Source of the DNA: Squalus acanthias
Taxonomy: Eukaryota
Direction: 5' to 3'
Length of the DNA stretch: 64,000 bases
NCBI GenBank assembly: GCA_030390025.1
Contig: CM059449.1
Span: 1,488,001-1,552,000 of the forward strand
Under the pieces are notes generated by a model that worked only from the letters and a program-made list of their open reading frames with translations, did no database searches and was not told the origin of the DNA. The position numbers were made by a program, and so were the translations under genes. This document shows, piece after piece, positions 24,535-37,531 of the stretch (the stretch's first letter is position 1; every line of letters begins with the position of its first letter).

Positions 24535-25669
24535 CCACATGGACGGGAGGCACGGGCGAGTGAAGCTGAGCCAAAAACGTGAGTACTTTTAAATACCACG
24601 TACAGTTAGGGCAAGGCAACACTGTCTCATGTCCACCGCCCCCTTTGGAATCAAAGAACTAAAAGGTTTGAATCGATAAGTCACGCGGTCTTGGGGTTAG
24701 GGTGAAATGCACGGAAGTATGGGCGTGGTACGAGTTGCAACTAGTGCGTTAACTTTGGAGTAAAAGTCTAAAGCATACCTCTGACAACAAATTGTTGCAA
24801 GTATGGTCTCACTCTGCGAGAGTAAGTAAGGGACGTACCGCTGACAACAATTAACCATGGGAAGTGAAAAACTCGAGTGGGGACCGGTGGGGTCTCTGAC
24901 ACACTATTTAGCGGACAAAAATAAAAGATTAATTGAAAAATTGGTTAAAAATGATTGTTTTACCAGTGGGTCGTTCGGTTGCCAAAGAGAATGGTGGGCT
25001 AAAGAAACAAAATTAAAGGGAGAAAAGGCCATCATTTAGTGGCTCGGGCATATTATGAGTTGAGTAGATGTACTCGAATTTGGACCAAAAACGGAGCCAA
25101 AATTATACCCGAGTACCAGTAATTTAAGACAGGGAATAAGGAAAAAATTTAAGTTTTATCGACTCAGATGCTATCAGTTTCTGTCTAAAACAAGTAAGAT
25201 CCAGGATTTGCTGAGTGAAAGGAATCTTCAAAGGAATGCTGGAATCTCAGTTTGTGTGAAAGTGTGTGTTAAAAGTGTGGAAGTTTTCTGTCTTTGAAAG
25301 AAAATATCTGTTGTGTTTGTTTTAGCTCCACCCACTCTTTTGTACAGAGAGCTAAAAGCTGTTTAACCCTTTGAAGACTTGTCTTGAATGATGGACAAGC
25401 GTGTGTTGTTTTAAGTTTGTTAATTGTTTTACAAAAGATAAGCTTCAGCCTTGAAGTCACAGTTGCCAATGTGCCTAGAAGAAAATGAATTTGAATGTTT
25501 ATGTTTGTTAATGTGGCTATGGTTTCTTTCTTTTCCAAGTGATACTGGTTAGTTTAAAAAAAATTGATCTGATTGAATTGGAGTTATTGAGGTTAATTAA
25601 CCTATTAAAACCAGACTTTTATTGTGGCCACGGTGAAATTCTGGTTGATCTAAATTTGTGTAGACCGCA

Positions 25670-28436
25670 TTGAATAAGATATTTAATGGTCTGAAACCAG
25701 ACTTTAAAATATTTACAGTCTTGGATATAGCGAACGGGTTCTGGTCCATACCATTGGCAGAGGGAAATTCGCCTTTACTGTCGGGGATAGACAGTATACA
25801 TGGACCAGGGTCCCGCAAGAGTTCCACAATAGTCCAAATATATTCCACCGTGTACTGAGTCAAGCCTTAGACGAGTTAGACCTATCAAAGTACCAGAGCG
25901 CCCTCCTCCAATATGTCGATGACATAATGATTGCATCAGACGCCAAAGGACACATGGGAGAATTACTAGCCACCCTCCAGACACTTAAGAAAGCGGGCTT
26001 TAAATTGAACCCAAAAAAAGGCACAGGTTGGACTGTCCAAAGTAAAGTATCTAGGACACGAAATTAGCCAGGGGTATAAGGCACTCCCGCAGGAACGAAA
26101 GGCAGCCATAAAAGACATGCCAAGGCCAGTGACCGTCCGGGGAGTGAGGAAAGTGTTGGGACTATTTAACTACTGCAGGAATTTTATATCAGACTTTGCA
26201 GGGAAAGCAGAGCCGATTCAAGGGTTAGTTAAAGGGGGGAGACCCGCCACTGATAAGATAGAATGGGAATCAGAGCAGGACGAGGCTTATGCAAAATTAA
26301 AAGCAGCCCCGACGTCCGCACCCACACTAGGATTGCCAGATATAGTCAAACCATTCCATATATACTATAGCACAGACGGGAACTTCTATAACGCCGTAGT
26401 CACCCAAGAGTACGGGGGAGATATGAGGCCAATTGCCTATTACTCCACCCAACAAACCCCTGTGGCTAAAGGAATGGCGAGATGCGTGGCGACCCTCGAC
26501 TGCGCCGCATGTGCGGTGCGGATATGCGAGCCCGTCACTAGTCAGGACAGCTGATATTACACACGCAACACACAGTGGTGGACCTGCTAAACACAGGTAA
26601 AATGAAGGCTGTATCAGACAGAAGGAGGGTGGCTTGGGAAGCAGTATTGATACCCAAGGACAGATCAGTCCAGATTATAAGGGAACATAGAGTCAACCCC
26701 GCGGAGGGAATGCTATCAGAGGGTGAGGCACACGAGTGTCAGTTAGTAATCGAAGAAGAGGTCAGAGGAACCGTATCAGAATCGCCCCTGAAAATCCCGA
26801 AAACAGCTTTTATCTAGACGGATCTCGCCGATATATAAATGGGGAGCCACACACTGGTTGGGCAGTAGTATCCGAGAACGGAGAAACAGTCGCAAAGGGA
26901 GGGCTTGAAGGAGGAACCTCAGCACAGGTAGCAGAACTAGTGGCTCTCACGGAAGCATTGAAATTGGCAAAAGGAAAACGAGTAAATATATACACAGACA
27001 GTAGGTATGCGTTTGGGGTAGTGCATGATTATATGATAGCGTGGAATAGGAGAGGATATGTAACCTCCGGAGGAGGACAAATACAGCATGAGGAGGTAGT
27101 GAGAGACCTAGTAGAAGCAGTAAAAGGAGCAGAAGAGGTAGCAGTGATTAAAATAAAGACACACTGCAAGATAGTGAGCGAGCAACAAAAAGGAAATATG
27201 CTAGCTGATCAGGCAGCAAGAGCAGCGGTGGACACAGAGATGCCTACCAATAGCAGCAGGTAGACTAGGAGCAGAGGAAGTGAACATTAAGAGAATCCAA
27301 GAGGAGACCGAAATGGAGGAGCAGGAGCAGTGGACAAAGAGAGGCGCAGCCAAAGGTAGAGATGGAATATGGAAAAAGGATCACAGGGTGGTAGCCCCTC
27401 GCTGTATTCAGGAGAATTTGTTGAAAATATACCATGAGCCAGACCATGGGGGGCGGAATGGCATGACAGGTAGGCTAAGTATAGATTGGTGGTGGAGTGA
27501 AATGGGACAAGATGTGGCAAGATACTGCAGACGCTGCATCATCTGTGGACAGCACAACCCGGGTAGGCCCATAAAGGTTAGAATGGCCCACCAGCCACAA
27601 CCCAAAAGCCCCTGGGAAAACCTCCAGATAGACTTTACTGGATCCCTACCTAACAGTAGAGGGAAGAAATACTGGGCCGAAAATTGATCCCGGGACGCGA
27701 GAGTACGCACTGCGTACTCTCGCGTATTCTCTCTCCAATTGCCGGTTTTCTGCATGCCCTGCGCATGTGCTGAAAACCGGCAATTGCTCTTCTGAAAAGG
27801 GGGCGGGTCCTGGGTGCATCGCGTGCGCACTACAGGCTGCGCGCCGCTGTGCACTTCATGCTTTGGACGCGCAGGTAAGTAGGGAAGATTTTGGAAATGT
27901 AAAAAGGAGGAGTAAGACCCGCTTTTAAGAAGGTAAGTAGTGAATTAAGTATTTTTTTGAATTTTTTTTTACAGGTATATCTTTTTTAGAGACTTTAAAG
28001 ACAGGTAAGTTTATTTTTATAACTTTTTAAAAGATTTTAAATTTTTTCAAAAATTTAATTTTTTATTTAAAATGGTTAATTTAATTAACTATACTTATTT
28101 TATTAATGTGATGGGGTTTTTTTTTAATTTAATTGAGGTTTAGCTGTTATTTTGGGGGGGTGTAAGATTCATAGATTTCACAGCCATGCTGTGAGACTTA
28201 TGAATGGAAGATGGTGTGCTGCCATTGGCTCTAACTGAGTCACGTGATCCCACAGCTCGCACGAATTCACTACGCCGCTGGGATACGCAAGCCCAGCACA
28301 GCTGATGTCTGGAACATCAAGTTCGTGCGAGCTGGATCTGAAAAAGCATAAGCGAGGTGAGACATCGCGGGGAAGGCTTACCCCCGCGGGAACAGAGCGA
28401 GATCAATTTCTGGGCCAATGTTTCGTGATCATAGCT
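25670..28436 (+). pseudogene. pol: ERV pol remnant (RT, tether, RNase H, integrase N-terminus)
   Basis: LDIANGFWSIPL, QYVDD, LGLFNYCRNFI, YLDGS...SAQVAELVAL...IYTDSRYAF, HEPDH...CIIC, PWENLQIDFTG; many frameshifts; gag-pro largely deleted. Confidence 0.9.
27674..28416. mobile_element. GGCC-ended MITE inserted in the integrase
   Basis: TIRs gggccgaaaattgatc / gatcaatttctgggcc; flanks act / aat; removing it plus 3 nt restores GKKYCFVII. Confidence 0.85.
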
Positions 28437-29433
28437 GATTTAGCTGCTGATGCGACAGGGGCCACCATTCATTAATGCCCTAGATATACAAGGAGTCCAG
28501 AGTCGTGTGGAACGACTACAAAGGGTAATACAACAGATTTTAGAGAAGGATCAGAGTTAGGAGAACATACGATAAGGAAATGACTCGAGGGAATCAAGGT
28601 TATAGAGGACCATTTTGGCATTATCAACAAACGAAACCATAGAGATAAGGAACAGGCAAAAGACGGGGTAGGGTGAGGCGTGTGTCATGCCTATGGCCAA
28701 TGGATTACCGGACAGTTAAAACATAATCTGGCACAGATACAGCAAGGCGAGGTACCAGACTGGATTAACAGCACACAGCTCTGTGGCATGAGGCAGAATC
28801 CAGGTCCTCTGAGTGCTTGCATCCTCAAAAGGGATGACCAGAGTATATCCAGTGATACAAAAATGTAAAGCAGAAGTGACAGCAATGATAGGCATGTTAC
28901 TCCTGATACCAGTGGTGGGACTAGACACGACTCCATACCCACAGTACCAGGTAACAAACATAGGCATAGTGAGGGGTGAGACATACCTCCAATTGATACC
29001 TATGCCATCAGAAAGAATGGTACTATGAGAGGAGTCTCCCTAAGGATGAGTGCGGCTATAAGAAGACAGAGGGGTGTGTGTTGGAATTATCACATGTTAA
29101 TCACCATCACACCCGCTCGGGATATAGAGGCGAAGGGGAGTATTGTATAGCCACCACAGAGACTGAGTACCAATATAGTAACCTTGTATGTGCAATCACA
29201 ATGCCTAACTTCTGCTTTACGCCAAAGATCCCCGTGACAATTGGACACGCCAGATTGGTGTATGTACATTCAAGGGAGGAGATAAAACTAAATGTGCCAG
29301 ATAGACTAAAGGACGAGTTGGTCAATTATGAAGATCCGGTAGGGGCCCCAATACCCCGCCTGCAAGAGGATCTGCAAGAAATGAAAGAGGATTTGAGTAA
29401 GATGGTGAACCAATACATAGCGTTGCAAAGGAA
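28437..29433 (+). pseudogene. env: ERV env-like remnant
   Basis: Follows the truncated integrase; heptad-like NALDIQGVQSRVERLQRVIQQILEK, Cys-containing ectodomain fragments and a second coiled coil LQEDLQEMKEDLSKMVNQY; truncated at the minisatellite, no 3' LTR. Confidence 0.65.
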
Positions 29434-30883
29434 TCCAGCCCGACAAATATCCCTACATCTGTAACCTCCTTCAGCCCGACAATCCTGTCTCTATAATCTC
29501 CTCCAGACCTAGAAGCCTCCCTATATCTGTAACCTCCTCCAGCCCTACAATGGTCCCTGTCTCTGCAACCTCCTCAAACCCTACAACACTCCCTACCTCT
29601 GTAATCTCCTCCAGCCCTACAACACTCCCTACCTCTAACTTCCTCCAGCCCCAACACCCTCACTTTCTCTGTAACCGCCTGCACCCCAACAACCCTCCTT
29701 ATCTCTGTAACCTTCTCCAGCCATCGCTCCTCCCCGTCTCTGTAACCTCCTCCAGCCTCTACAACCCTCCCTATCTCTGTAACCTTCTCCAGCCATCGCT
29801 CCTCCCCGTCTCTGTAACCGCCTCCAGCCTCTACAACCCTCCCTATCTCTGTAACCTCCTCCAGCCCCACAACCCTCCCTGTCTCTCTAACCTCCTCCAG
29901 CCCTAGAAGCCTCACTATCTCTGTAACTTCCTCCAGCCCTAACACCCTCAGTTTCTCTGTAACTGTCTGCAGCCCTACAACCATCCTTATCTCTGTAACC
30001 TTCTCCAGCCTTCGCTCCTCCGTCTCTGTAACCTCCTTCAGCCCCACAACCCTCCCTATCTCTGTAACCGCCTCCAGCCCTACAACCCTACATATCTCAG
30101 TAACTTCCTCAAACCCTACAACACTCCCCGTCTCTAATCTCCTCCAGCTCTACAAAAACTCCCTACCTCTGTAACCTCCTCCAGTCCTAACACCCTCACT
30201 TTCTCTGGAACCTCCTCCAGCCTCTACAACCCTCCCTATCTCTAACCATCTCCAGCCCTACAACCCTCCCTGTCTCTGTAACCTCCTCCAGCCCTAAAAC
30301 TCTCCCTTTCTCTGTAACCCCCTACAGCCCTCCCAGTCTCTGTAACCTCCTCCAGCCCTACAACACTCCCTATCTCTAACATCCTCCAGCCCGACAACAC
30401 TCCCCATCTCTGTAACCTCTTCCAGCCCTACAATTATCCCTATATCTGTAACCTCCTCCAGCCATACAATCCTGCCTGTCTCTATAACCTCCTCCAGCCC
30501 TAGAAGCCTTGCTAGCTCAGTAACCTCCTCCAGCCCAAAAAACCTCCGTCTCTGTAACCTCCTCCAGCACTATAACCCTCCCTATCTCTAACCTCCTCCA
30601 GCCCTATAACCCTCCCTATCTCTAACCTCCTCCAGCCCTACAACCCTCCCTGTCTGTATCCTCCTACAGCCCTACAACCCTCCCTATCTCTGAACTCCTG
30701 CAGACCTACAAACCTCCCTATATCTGTAACCTCCTGCAGACCTACAAACCTCCCTATATCTGTAACCTCCTCCAGCCCTACCACCCTCCCTATCTCTGTA
30801 ACCTCCTCCAGCCCTACAACCTCCCTATCTCTGTAACCTCCTCCAGCCCGACAACCCCTCCCTATCTCTGTAACCTCCTCCAG
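29434..30883 (+). repeat. 36-bp minisatellite block 3
   Basis: Same unit and orientation as blocks 1 and 2. Confidence 0.95.
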
Positions 30884-32014
30884 TCAACCAGTAGCCAGTG
30901 GTGTTCCGCAGGGGTCGGTGCTGGGTCCCCAACTCTTTACAATCTATATTAACGATTTGGAGGAGGGGACCGAGTGTAACATATCAAAGTTTGCAGATGA
31001 TACAAAGATGGGAGGGAAAGTAGAAAGTGAGGAGGACATAAAAAACCTACAAGGGGATGTAGACAGGCTGGGTGAGTGGGCGGAAATTTGGCAGATGCAA
31101 TACAATATTGGAAAATGTGAGGTTATGCACTTTGGCAGGAAAAAAATCAGAGAGCAAGTTATTATCTTAATGGCGAGAAACTGGAAAGTACTGCAGTACA
31201 AAGGGATCTGGGGGTCCTAGTGCAAGGAAATCAAAAAGTTAGTATGCAGGTGCAGCAGGTGATCAAGAAGGCCAACGGAATGTTGGCTTTTATTGCTAGG
31301 GGGATAGATTATAAAAACAGGGAGGTATTGCTGCAGTTGTACAAGGTATTGGTGAGACCGCACCTGGAATACTGCATACAGTTTTGGTGTCCATACTAAA
31401 GAAAAGACATACTTGCTCTCGAGGCAGTACAAAGAAGGTTTACTCAGTTAATCCCGGGGATGAGGGGGTGGACATATGAGGAGAGGTTGAGTAGATTGGG
31501 ACTCTACTCACTGGAGTTCAGAAGAATGAGAGGCGATCTTATTGAAACATATAAGATTGTGAAGGGGCTTGATCGGGTGGATGCGGTAAGGATGTTCCCA
31601 AGGATGGGTGAAACTAGAACTAGGGGGCATAATCTTAGAATAAGGGGCTGCTCTTTCAAAACTGAGATGAGGAGAAACTTCTTCACTCAGAGGGTAGTAG
31701 GTCTGTGGAATTTGCTGCCCCAGGAAGCTGTGGAAGCTACATTAAATAAATTTAAAACAGAAATAGACAGTTTCCTAGAAGTAAAGGGAATTAGGGGTTA
31801 CGGGGAGCGGGCAGGAAATTGGACATGAGGCTGAGTTCGGATCAGTCAAGGCCCTGTGGGTGGCGGAGCGGGCCCAGGGGCTGAGTGGCCGGGTCCTGCT
31901 CCTACTTCTTGTGTTCTTTAGATTTGAGGTTAGGATCAGATCAGCCATGATCTTATTGAATGGCAGAGCAGGCTCAAGGGGCCGATTGGCCTACTCCTGC
32001 TCCTATTTCTTATG
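30884..32014 (+). mobile_element. 5'-truncated CR1 with doubled 3' tail
   Basis: Same subfamily as 4286-5475; KFADD; frameshift and stop present. Confidence 0.93.
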
Positions 32015-32015
32015 T

Positions 32016-32262
32016 AGTCCTAAAACCCTCCCTGTCTCTATAACCTCCTCCAGCCCAACAACCCTCCCTATCTCTGTAACCTCCTCCAGCCCTACAACCC
32101 TCCCTATCTCTGTAACCTCCTCCAGCCCTACCACCCTCCCTATCTCTGTAACCTCCTCCAGCCCTACAACCCTCCCTATCTCTGTAACCTCCTCCAGCCC
32201 TACAACCCTCCCTATCTCTGTAACCTCCTCCAGCCACGCCAACCCTCCCAGTCTCTGTAACC
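32016..32262 (+). repeat. 36-bp minisatellite block 4 (most homogeneous)
   Basis: Near-perfect units (ISVTSSSPTTLP repeats in the ORF track). Confidence 0.95.
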
Positions 32263-33022
32263 CGGGGACGGAGCTGCTCCAGTCCGGCTCCTGGGTGTGA
32301 GAAAGGAGCCCAGCCCAACCGATGCCCCTCCTCCCCGGGGCCGCACCCCCTCTCCCATTCTCCCCACATTCCACTCGCTCAATGCATTGGCAGCAAATAA
32401 CACCAACCTGTTTGCGCCCAAACTTTCCGCCGCACAAAACGGCTCGCCTCAAACTCGCTGCACAAAAGCACATTCACTTTGCTGCACTTCCGGTGGGAGC
32501 GGCCTGAATTGGTGCAAAGGGAGGAGTCCAGAGCTCGGCTCCCGCACCTGTCCTTTCCCCCGGGAGAAGTCCGGAGCTCGGCTCCCGCACCTGTCCTTTC
32601 CCCCGGGAGAAGTCCGGAGCTCGGCTCCCGCACCCCGGCCTTTCCCCCGGGAGGAGTCCGGAGCTCGGCTCCCGCCCCCGGCCTTTCCCCCGGGAGGAGT
32701 CCGGAGCTCGGCTCCCGCCCCCGGCCTTTCCCCCGGGAGGAGTCCGGAGCTCGGCTCCCGCACCTGTCCTTTCCCCACATTTGATGCTGCGGGACATTTG
32801 GGGGCCGCTCCGTCTGCTGAAGTGAGCCCGGCCCCAGGAACCTTTCCACATCAAGTTGTCCTGAGTCCGGTGGGACGGGACTTCTTTTACTGAAGCGCCC
32901 GCTTCCACTCGCTTCTTTAATTTAACTTTGGAAGCGGGTTTACCGGGTTCATTGGAAGCGACTGTTCCGGATCTTCACTCACTTCAGCATTTTCACACGG
33001 CAGCCTGTTGCCCAGCAACAGA
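32263..33022 (+). promoter_or_regulatory. CpG-rich putative promoter and non-coding first exon of gene B
   Basis: CpG-rich; ETS-type cacttccgg near 32485; inverted CCAAT (attgg) near 32386 and 32508; gtgagt donor at 33023 upstream of the acceptor at 33279. Confidence 0.5.
32519..32775. repeat. ~43-bp GC-rich VNTR, about 6 copies
   Basis: Unit gggaggagtccggagctcggctcccgcacctgtcctttccccc. Confidence 0.9.
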
Positions 33023-33283
33023 GTGAGTTCATGTCTGAGAAATCGTGGACCAGAACCAGGGCTGGTGGTCTATGTGGGTCCGTGTAGTGGTTCATGTGTT
33101 TCCTTGCGGTGGTCCCTGGCTGACCTTGTGGGCTGTAGTCTGGATACTTGAGAATGACATTTACATCCAAGCAATCCCATATAATCTTCAGTCGGATTCC
33201 CAGTCAGATTTTATCCAGCTTGTGAAGAATGTACTGAGACAATTCACTAAAATAATTGCATTTTATTTTGAATTTGCAGAGTT

Positions 33284-33344
33284 ATGAAAATGGAGTGTGG
33301 AACTCTCCTTCTCGGTCTGTTCCTTGTTTGTGGTCCAGTATCTG
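33284..33344 (+). CDS. Putative signal-peptide exon of a second Ig/butyrophilin-like gene (gene B)
   Basis: tttgcag acceptor at 33279; MKMECGTLLLGLFLVCGPVS followed by G|gtgag phase-1 donor. Confidence 0.6.
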
Positions 33345-33519
33345 GTGAGCAATCTCTCTTTCTCGGTAATATTTCTACGTTTTGACATTCTATACAGGTT
33401 GTGTTCTTTAACAGTAGCTTCACTGACTTTGTTCATGTTGTATGACATAATTATCGGATGTCACTTCTTGTACCTGGAGAAGTTCGACTCAATGATGTAA
33501 AAATTCAGGTAATTACAGA

Positions 33520-33735
33520 GTCGACCATGGCTCAGTGGGTAGAGCTCTTTCCTCTGACTCAGAAGGTCATGGGTTCAAGTCCCACTACGGAAACTTGACC
33601 ATAAAATGTAGACTGGCACTCCATTGCTGTACTGAGGGAGCGCTGCAGTATCGGAGGTGTTGTCTTTTGGATGAGACATAAAACCGAGACCCCATCTGCC
33701 CTCTCAGGTTGACATATAAGATACCATGGCACTCT
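33520..33735 (+). mobile_element. tRNA-derived Deu-domain SINE (SacSINE1-like), 3' part lost
   Basis: A box tggctcagtggg, B box ggttcaagtccc, then gtactgagggagcgctgca...ggatgagac...cccatctgccctctcagg. Confidence 0.8.
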
Positions 33736-34415
33736 TCTTGAACTGCTGCAGGTCGTGTGGTGAAGGTGCTCCCACAGTGCTGTTAGGTAGGGAGTTCCAG
33801 GATTTTGACCCAACGACGATGAAGGATCGGCGATATACTTCTAAGTCAGGATGGTGTGTGACTTGTAGAGGAACTTGGAGGTGGTGGTGTTCCCATGCGT
33901 CTGCTGCCCTTGTCCTTCTAGGTGGAAGAGGTCGCGGGTTTGGGAGGTGCTGCCGAAGAAGCCTTGGTGAGTTGCTGCAGTGCATCTTGTAGATGGTACA
34001 CACTGCAGCCACGGTACACCGGTGCTGGAGTGAATGTTTAAGATGGTAGATGGGGGTGCCAATCAAGCGGGCTGCTTTGTCCTGGATGGTGTTGAGCTTC
34101 TTGAGTGTTGTTGGAGCTGCGCTCATCCAGGCAAGTGGAGAGTATGCCATCACACTCCTTACTTGTGCCTTGTAGATGGTACAAAGACTTTGGGGAGTCA
34201 GGAGGTGAGACACTCGCCGCAGAATACCTAGCCTCTGACCTGTTCTTGTTGCCACCGTATTTATGTGGCTGGTCCAGTTCAGTTTCTGGTCAATGGTGAC
34301 CCCCCAGGATGTTGATGGTGGAGGATTCGGCGATGGTAATGCCATTGAATGTCAAGGGGCGGTGGTTAGACTCTCGCTTGTTGGAGATAGTCATTGCCTG
34401 GCACTTCTGTGGTGC
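33736..34415 (-). mobile_element. CR1/L2-group LINE RT C-terminal fragment
   Basis: GVTIDQKLNWTSHI...YKAQVRSVMAYSPLAW...IQDKAARLIG. Confidence 0.85.
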
Positions 34416-34946
34416 AATATAAGTAGTTAAGATTTAATACATTATATCCTCATCAGTAAATCCTAGCACACACTGTATCAAACTGCGAGTACAATTTGAA
34501 AAGTATAACCTCCGGCAGTAAGGGGTGTAACGATGGGAACAGCAGTTAATATTAGACTCGAGATCTTTAGGGGACCAAATTCCAGCCTAGGCCCCAAACC
34601 CCCAGCCCTGCTAATTCAGCCCACCATGTTCAGACAAGTCATTCTCATTTGTCCGTGTGTCATTTTCTGCTTTGACCTATTTGAACTTTGTGGGCCTGGA
34701 GCTTTGAACAGGGCTGTTCTGAGCACTGTTCTCTCATTGGTGATAAACCCTAAATCAGAACACCAACATCTGTTGGTGTCAGTAACTTGAGATCTATGGG
34801 AATTAATGGAGACATGGATTGAACCTTTCTATGCAGCTCCTGAGGCTTCTGTGTTCAGCACTGTAGACCTTGAAGATGAAAGGCTCAGCCAAGTTGCAGT
34901 GTATTGTAAACAACATGCCCAGTAGCATCAAACTATAAATACTACC

Positions 34947-35661
34947 TGCAATTTAGTATACTGTATTCGCTGCTCACGATGTGGACTCCTCTACATTGGG
35001 GAGACCAAACGCAGATTGGGTGACCGCTTTGCGGAACACCTCCGTTCAGTCCGTAAGGGGGACCCCGAGCTCCCGGTGGCCTGTCACTTTAATTCACCGC
35101 TTCACTCCCACTCTGACCTCACCGTCCTCGGCCTAATACACTGTTCCACGGAAGCTCAGCGTAAGCTCGAGGAACAGCACCTCATCTTTCGTTTAGGCAC
35201 GCTACAGCCCTCTGGACTCAATATCGAGTTCAACAATTTTAGATCATAACCTCAGCTCCAATCACATTTATATTTTATTTTATCCACCCTTTTATTTGTC
35301 CCCCCCCACCTTTATTTTCCTCCTAGAAGCTGGCAGCTGTCCTTCATTCTGCCAGTAGATTTCACACTTCATTCAGCCTTAATCTGTCACATTAACACCA
35401 CCTCTAGCCTTGCATATCTCTTAATGTCTCTTAATGTCTCTTCATCTCCTCCTTTGTTCCTTTATCCCCTCCCCCTTTTCCCAGCTTTACCCTGGCCTTA
35501 AATCTATTTGATTTCCAGCTCTTCCCAGTTCTGATGAAAGGTCATCGACCTGAAACGTCAACTCTCTTTCTCTCTCCACGGATGCTGCCTGGCCTGCTGA
35601 GTTTTTCCAGCGTTTTCTGTTGTTATTTCGGATTTCCAGCATCTGCAGTATTTTGCTATCG
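34947..35661 (+). mobile_element. Penelope-like family 2 fragment (GIY-YIG domain + terminus; hammerhead at 35527-35563)
   Basis: LVYCIRCSRCGLLYIGETKRRLGDRFAEH; CTGATGA...GAAACGTC; 13-bp TSD tataaatactacc (34934-34946 and 35662-35674). Confidence 0.92.
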
Positions 35662-37531
35662 TATAAATACTACCCCTTGCTGTGACAATCTATGTTTCTC
35701 TTTAGGTAAAGCTTATAGGTTTAGGCCAGATTTTTGGTGACTTGAATCAGTAACGTTTTGATTTTATTGCATGAAATTCTGGGATTTTTAAATTGCTGTT
35801 TGCGTTCACATCCCTCTTCCATGGCAAACATTTTCCCCAGTTAAGTCTGAACTCTAAGTATCCCAATCTATCCAACACTTGAGCACTGCTCCCATATGTG
35901 AGAGGATATTCCAGAGAGAAAGAAAGACTCTTAAGGGAAGGATGAACCATCCGTGGCGAACTAATGAAGTAAAGGATGGTATCAAATTGAAAACAAAAGT
36001 ATACAATGTTGCGAAGAATAGTGAAAGGCCAGAGGATTGGGAAATTTGAAAAAAACAGCAAAGGGCGACTAAAGAAATGATAGAGAAGATAGCTTATGAG
36101 AGTAAGCTAGCAAGAAATATAAAAACAGACAGTAAGATCTTCTACAGGTATATAAAAAGGAAGAGAGTAGCTGAAGTAAACGTTGGTCCCCTCGAGGATG
36201 AGTCTGGGGAATTAATAATGGGAAACAGGGAAATGGCAGAGACCTTGAACAAATATTTTGTATCGGTCTTCACAGTAGAAGACACTAAAAGCATCCCAAT
36301 AATGGATAATCAAGGGGCTATTGGGGGGGGGGGGTGGACTTAAAACAATCACTATCAGTAGAGAGAAAGTACTAGGCAAACTAATGGGACTAAAGGTGGA
36401 CAAGTCATCTGAACCGAATGGCGTGCATCCTAGAGCCTTAAAAGAGGTCATGATGCAGAGATGCCGGTGTTGGACTGGGGTGGACAAAAGTGAGAAGTCG
36501 CACAACACCAGGTTATAGTCCAACAGCTTTATTTGAAATCACAAGCTTTCGGAGCTGCTGACTGAGGAGCAGCAGCAGCAGCATCAGAGTGGTGGTCTCT
36601 GTGACCAGGAAGAGGAGAAGGAGAAGGAGACCAGACAGCAGACCACCACCAACAACCACAACCACAACTGAGGTGCCTGGAGAGAGAGGACAGGACGGGA
36701 GAAAGAAAAGAAAAGAAGGCCAAGGCCAATAACAACAGAGGAGAGGATTTCCACACTGCCTCCTCAATTGGCCTCCATTTTAGGAGAGGGAGAGAGGGGA
36801 GAAAACACCCCAACAACAAACATCATCTGTTTGGAAGGAGGGAGGAAGGAAAGAACAACAGCTACAGGTGGGTGTGATTCTGGTGCACTCTCCCAGAGAC
36901 TTTGTTTTGTAGGTGGGGGGAGGAAAGAAGAAAAGAAGAGGGCCGGAACATCCAAGGGGTGTGTGTGTGTGTGGCTTCTGTAAAAGCTAGGCTGCACACA
37001 CCATATTAAACACCCCTTTCCCATTGCCTGACCTGGGACAGCTGGAGCTGCCTAGGTGAAGTCCCCAATTAATTTAATCTTATTGGGCATCGTTAAGACC
37101 TGGTGCAGGACTGAGCCTGGGCATCTCCAGCTATCCCAGGTGAAGACATCTTCTCCCCCCACCAGAAGACCACCACCAAAGACTTTTATTACATCGGAGA
37201 GTGCACCCCCCTGCCAACACCCACCCACCATCCTGAGTGGCGACCCTGCCCTTGCGGCTTCCCTCCTTCCCACCCCCCTCTCTCTCTCTCTTTGTCTCTT
37301 GTCTCTCTCTGCCTCTCTCTCTAAGAGGCACCTCAATTAACTTTTTATTAAGTACCCATTGAGCAGAGGGCAGAAGGCCCCTCTCCTAATTAATTCATAA
37401 AAAGGGAGAGGTGTGCCTTCAATTTAAGAGCTCCCTCTGCTCAGGGGAAAACTAAAACAAAAAAACCGAGGCCATTAACACCTTCAGGCCTGTGACTTGG
37501 GGTGAGTGTAGCCCTTAAAGAACCCTCCATT

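Noticed and set aside
24857-25039. ORF MGSEKLEW as an intact gag
   Set aside because: May be a gag N-terminal remnant, but it stops after 60 aa and no capsid or zinc-knuckle motif follows.
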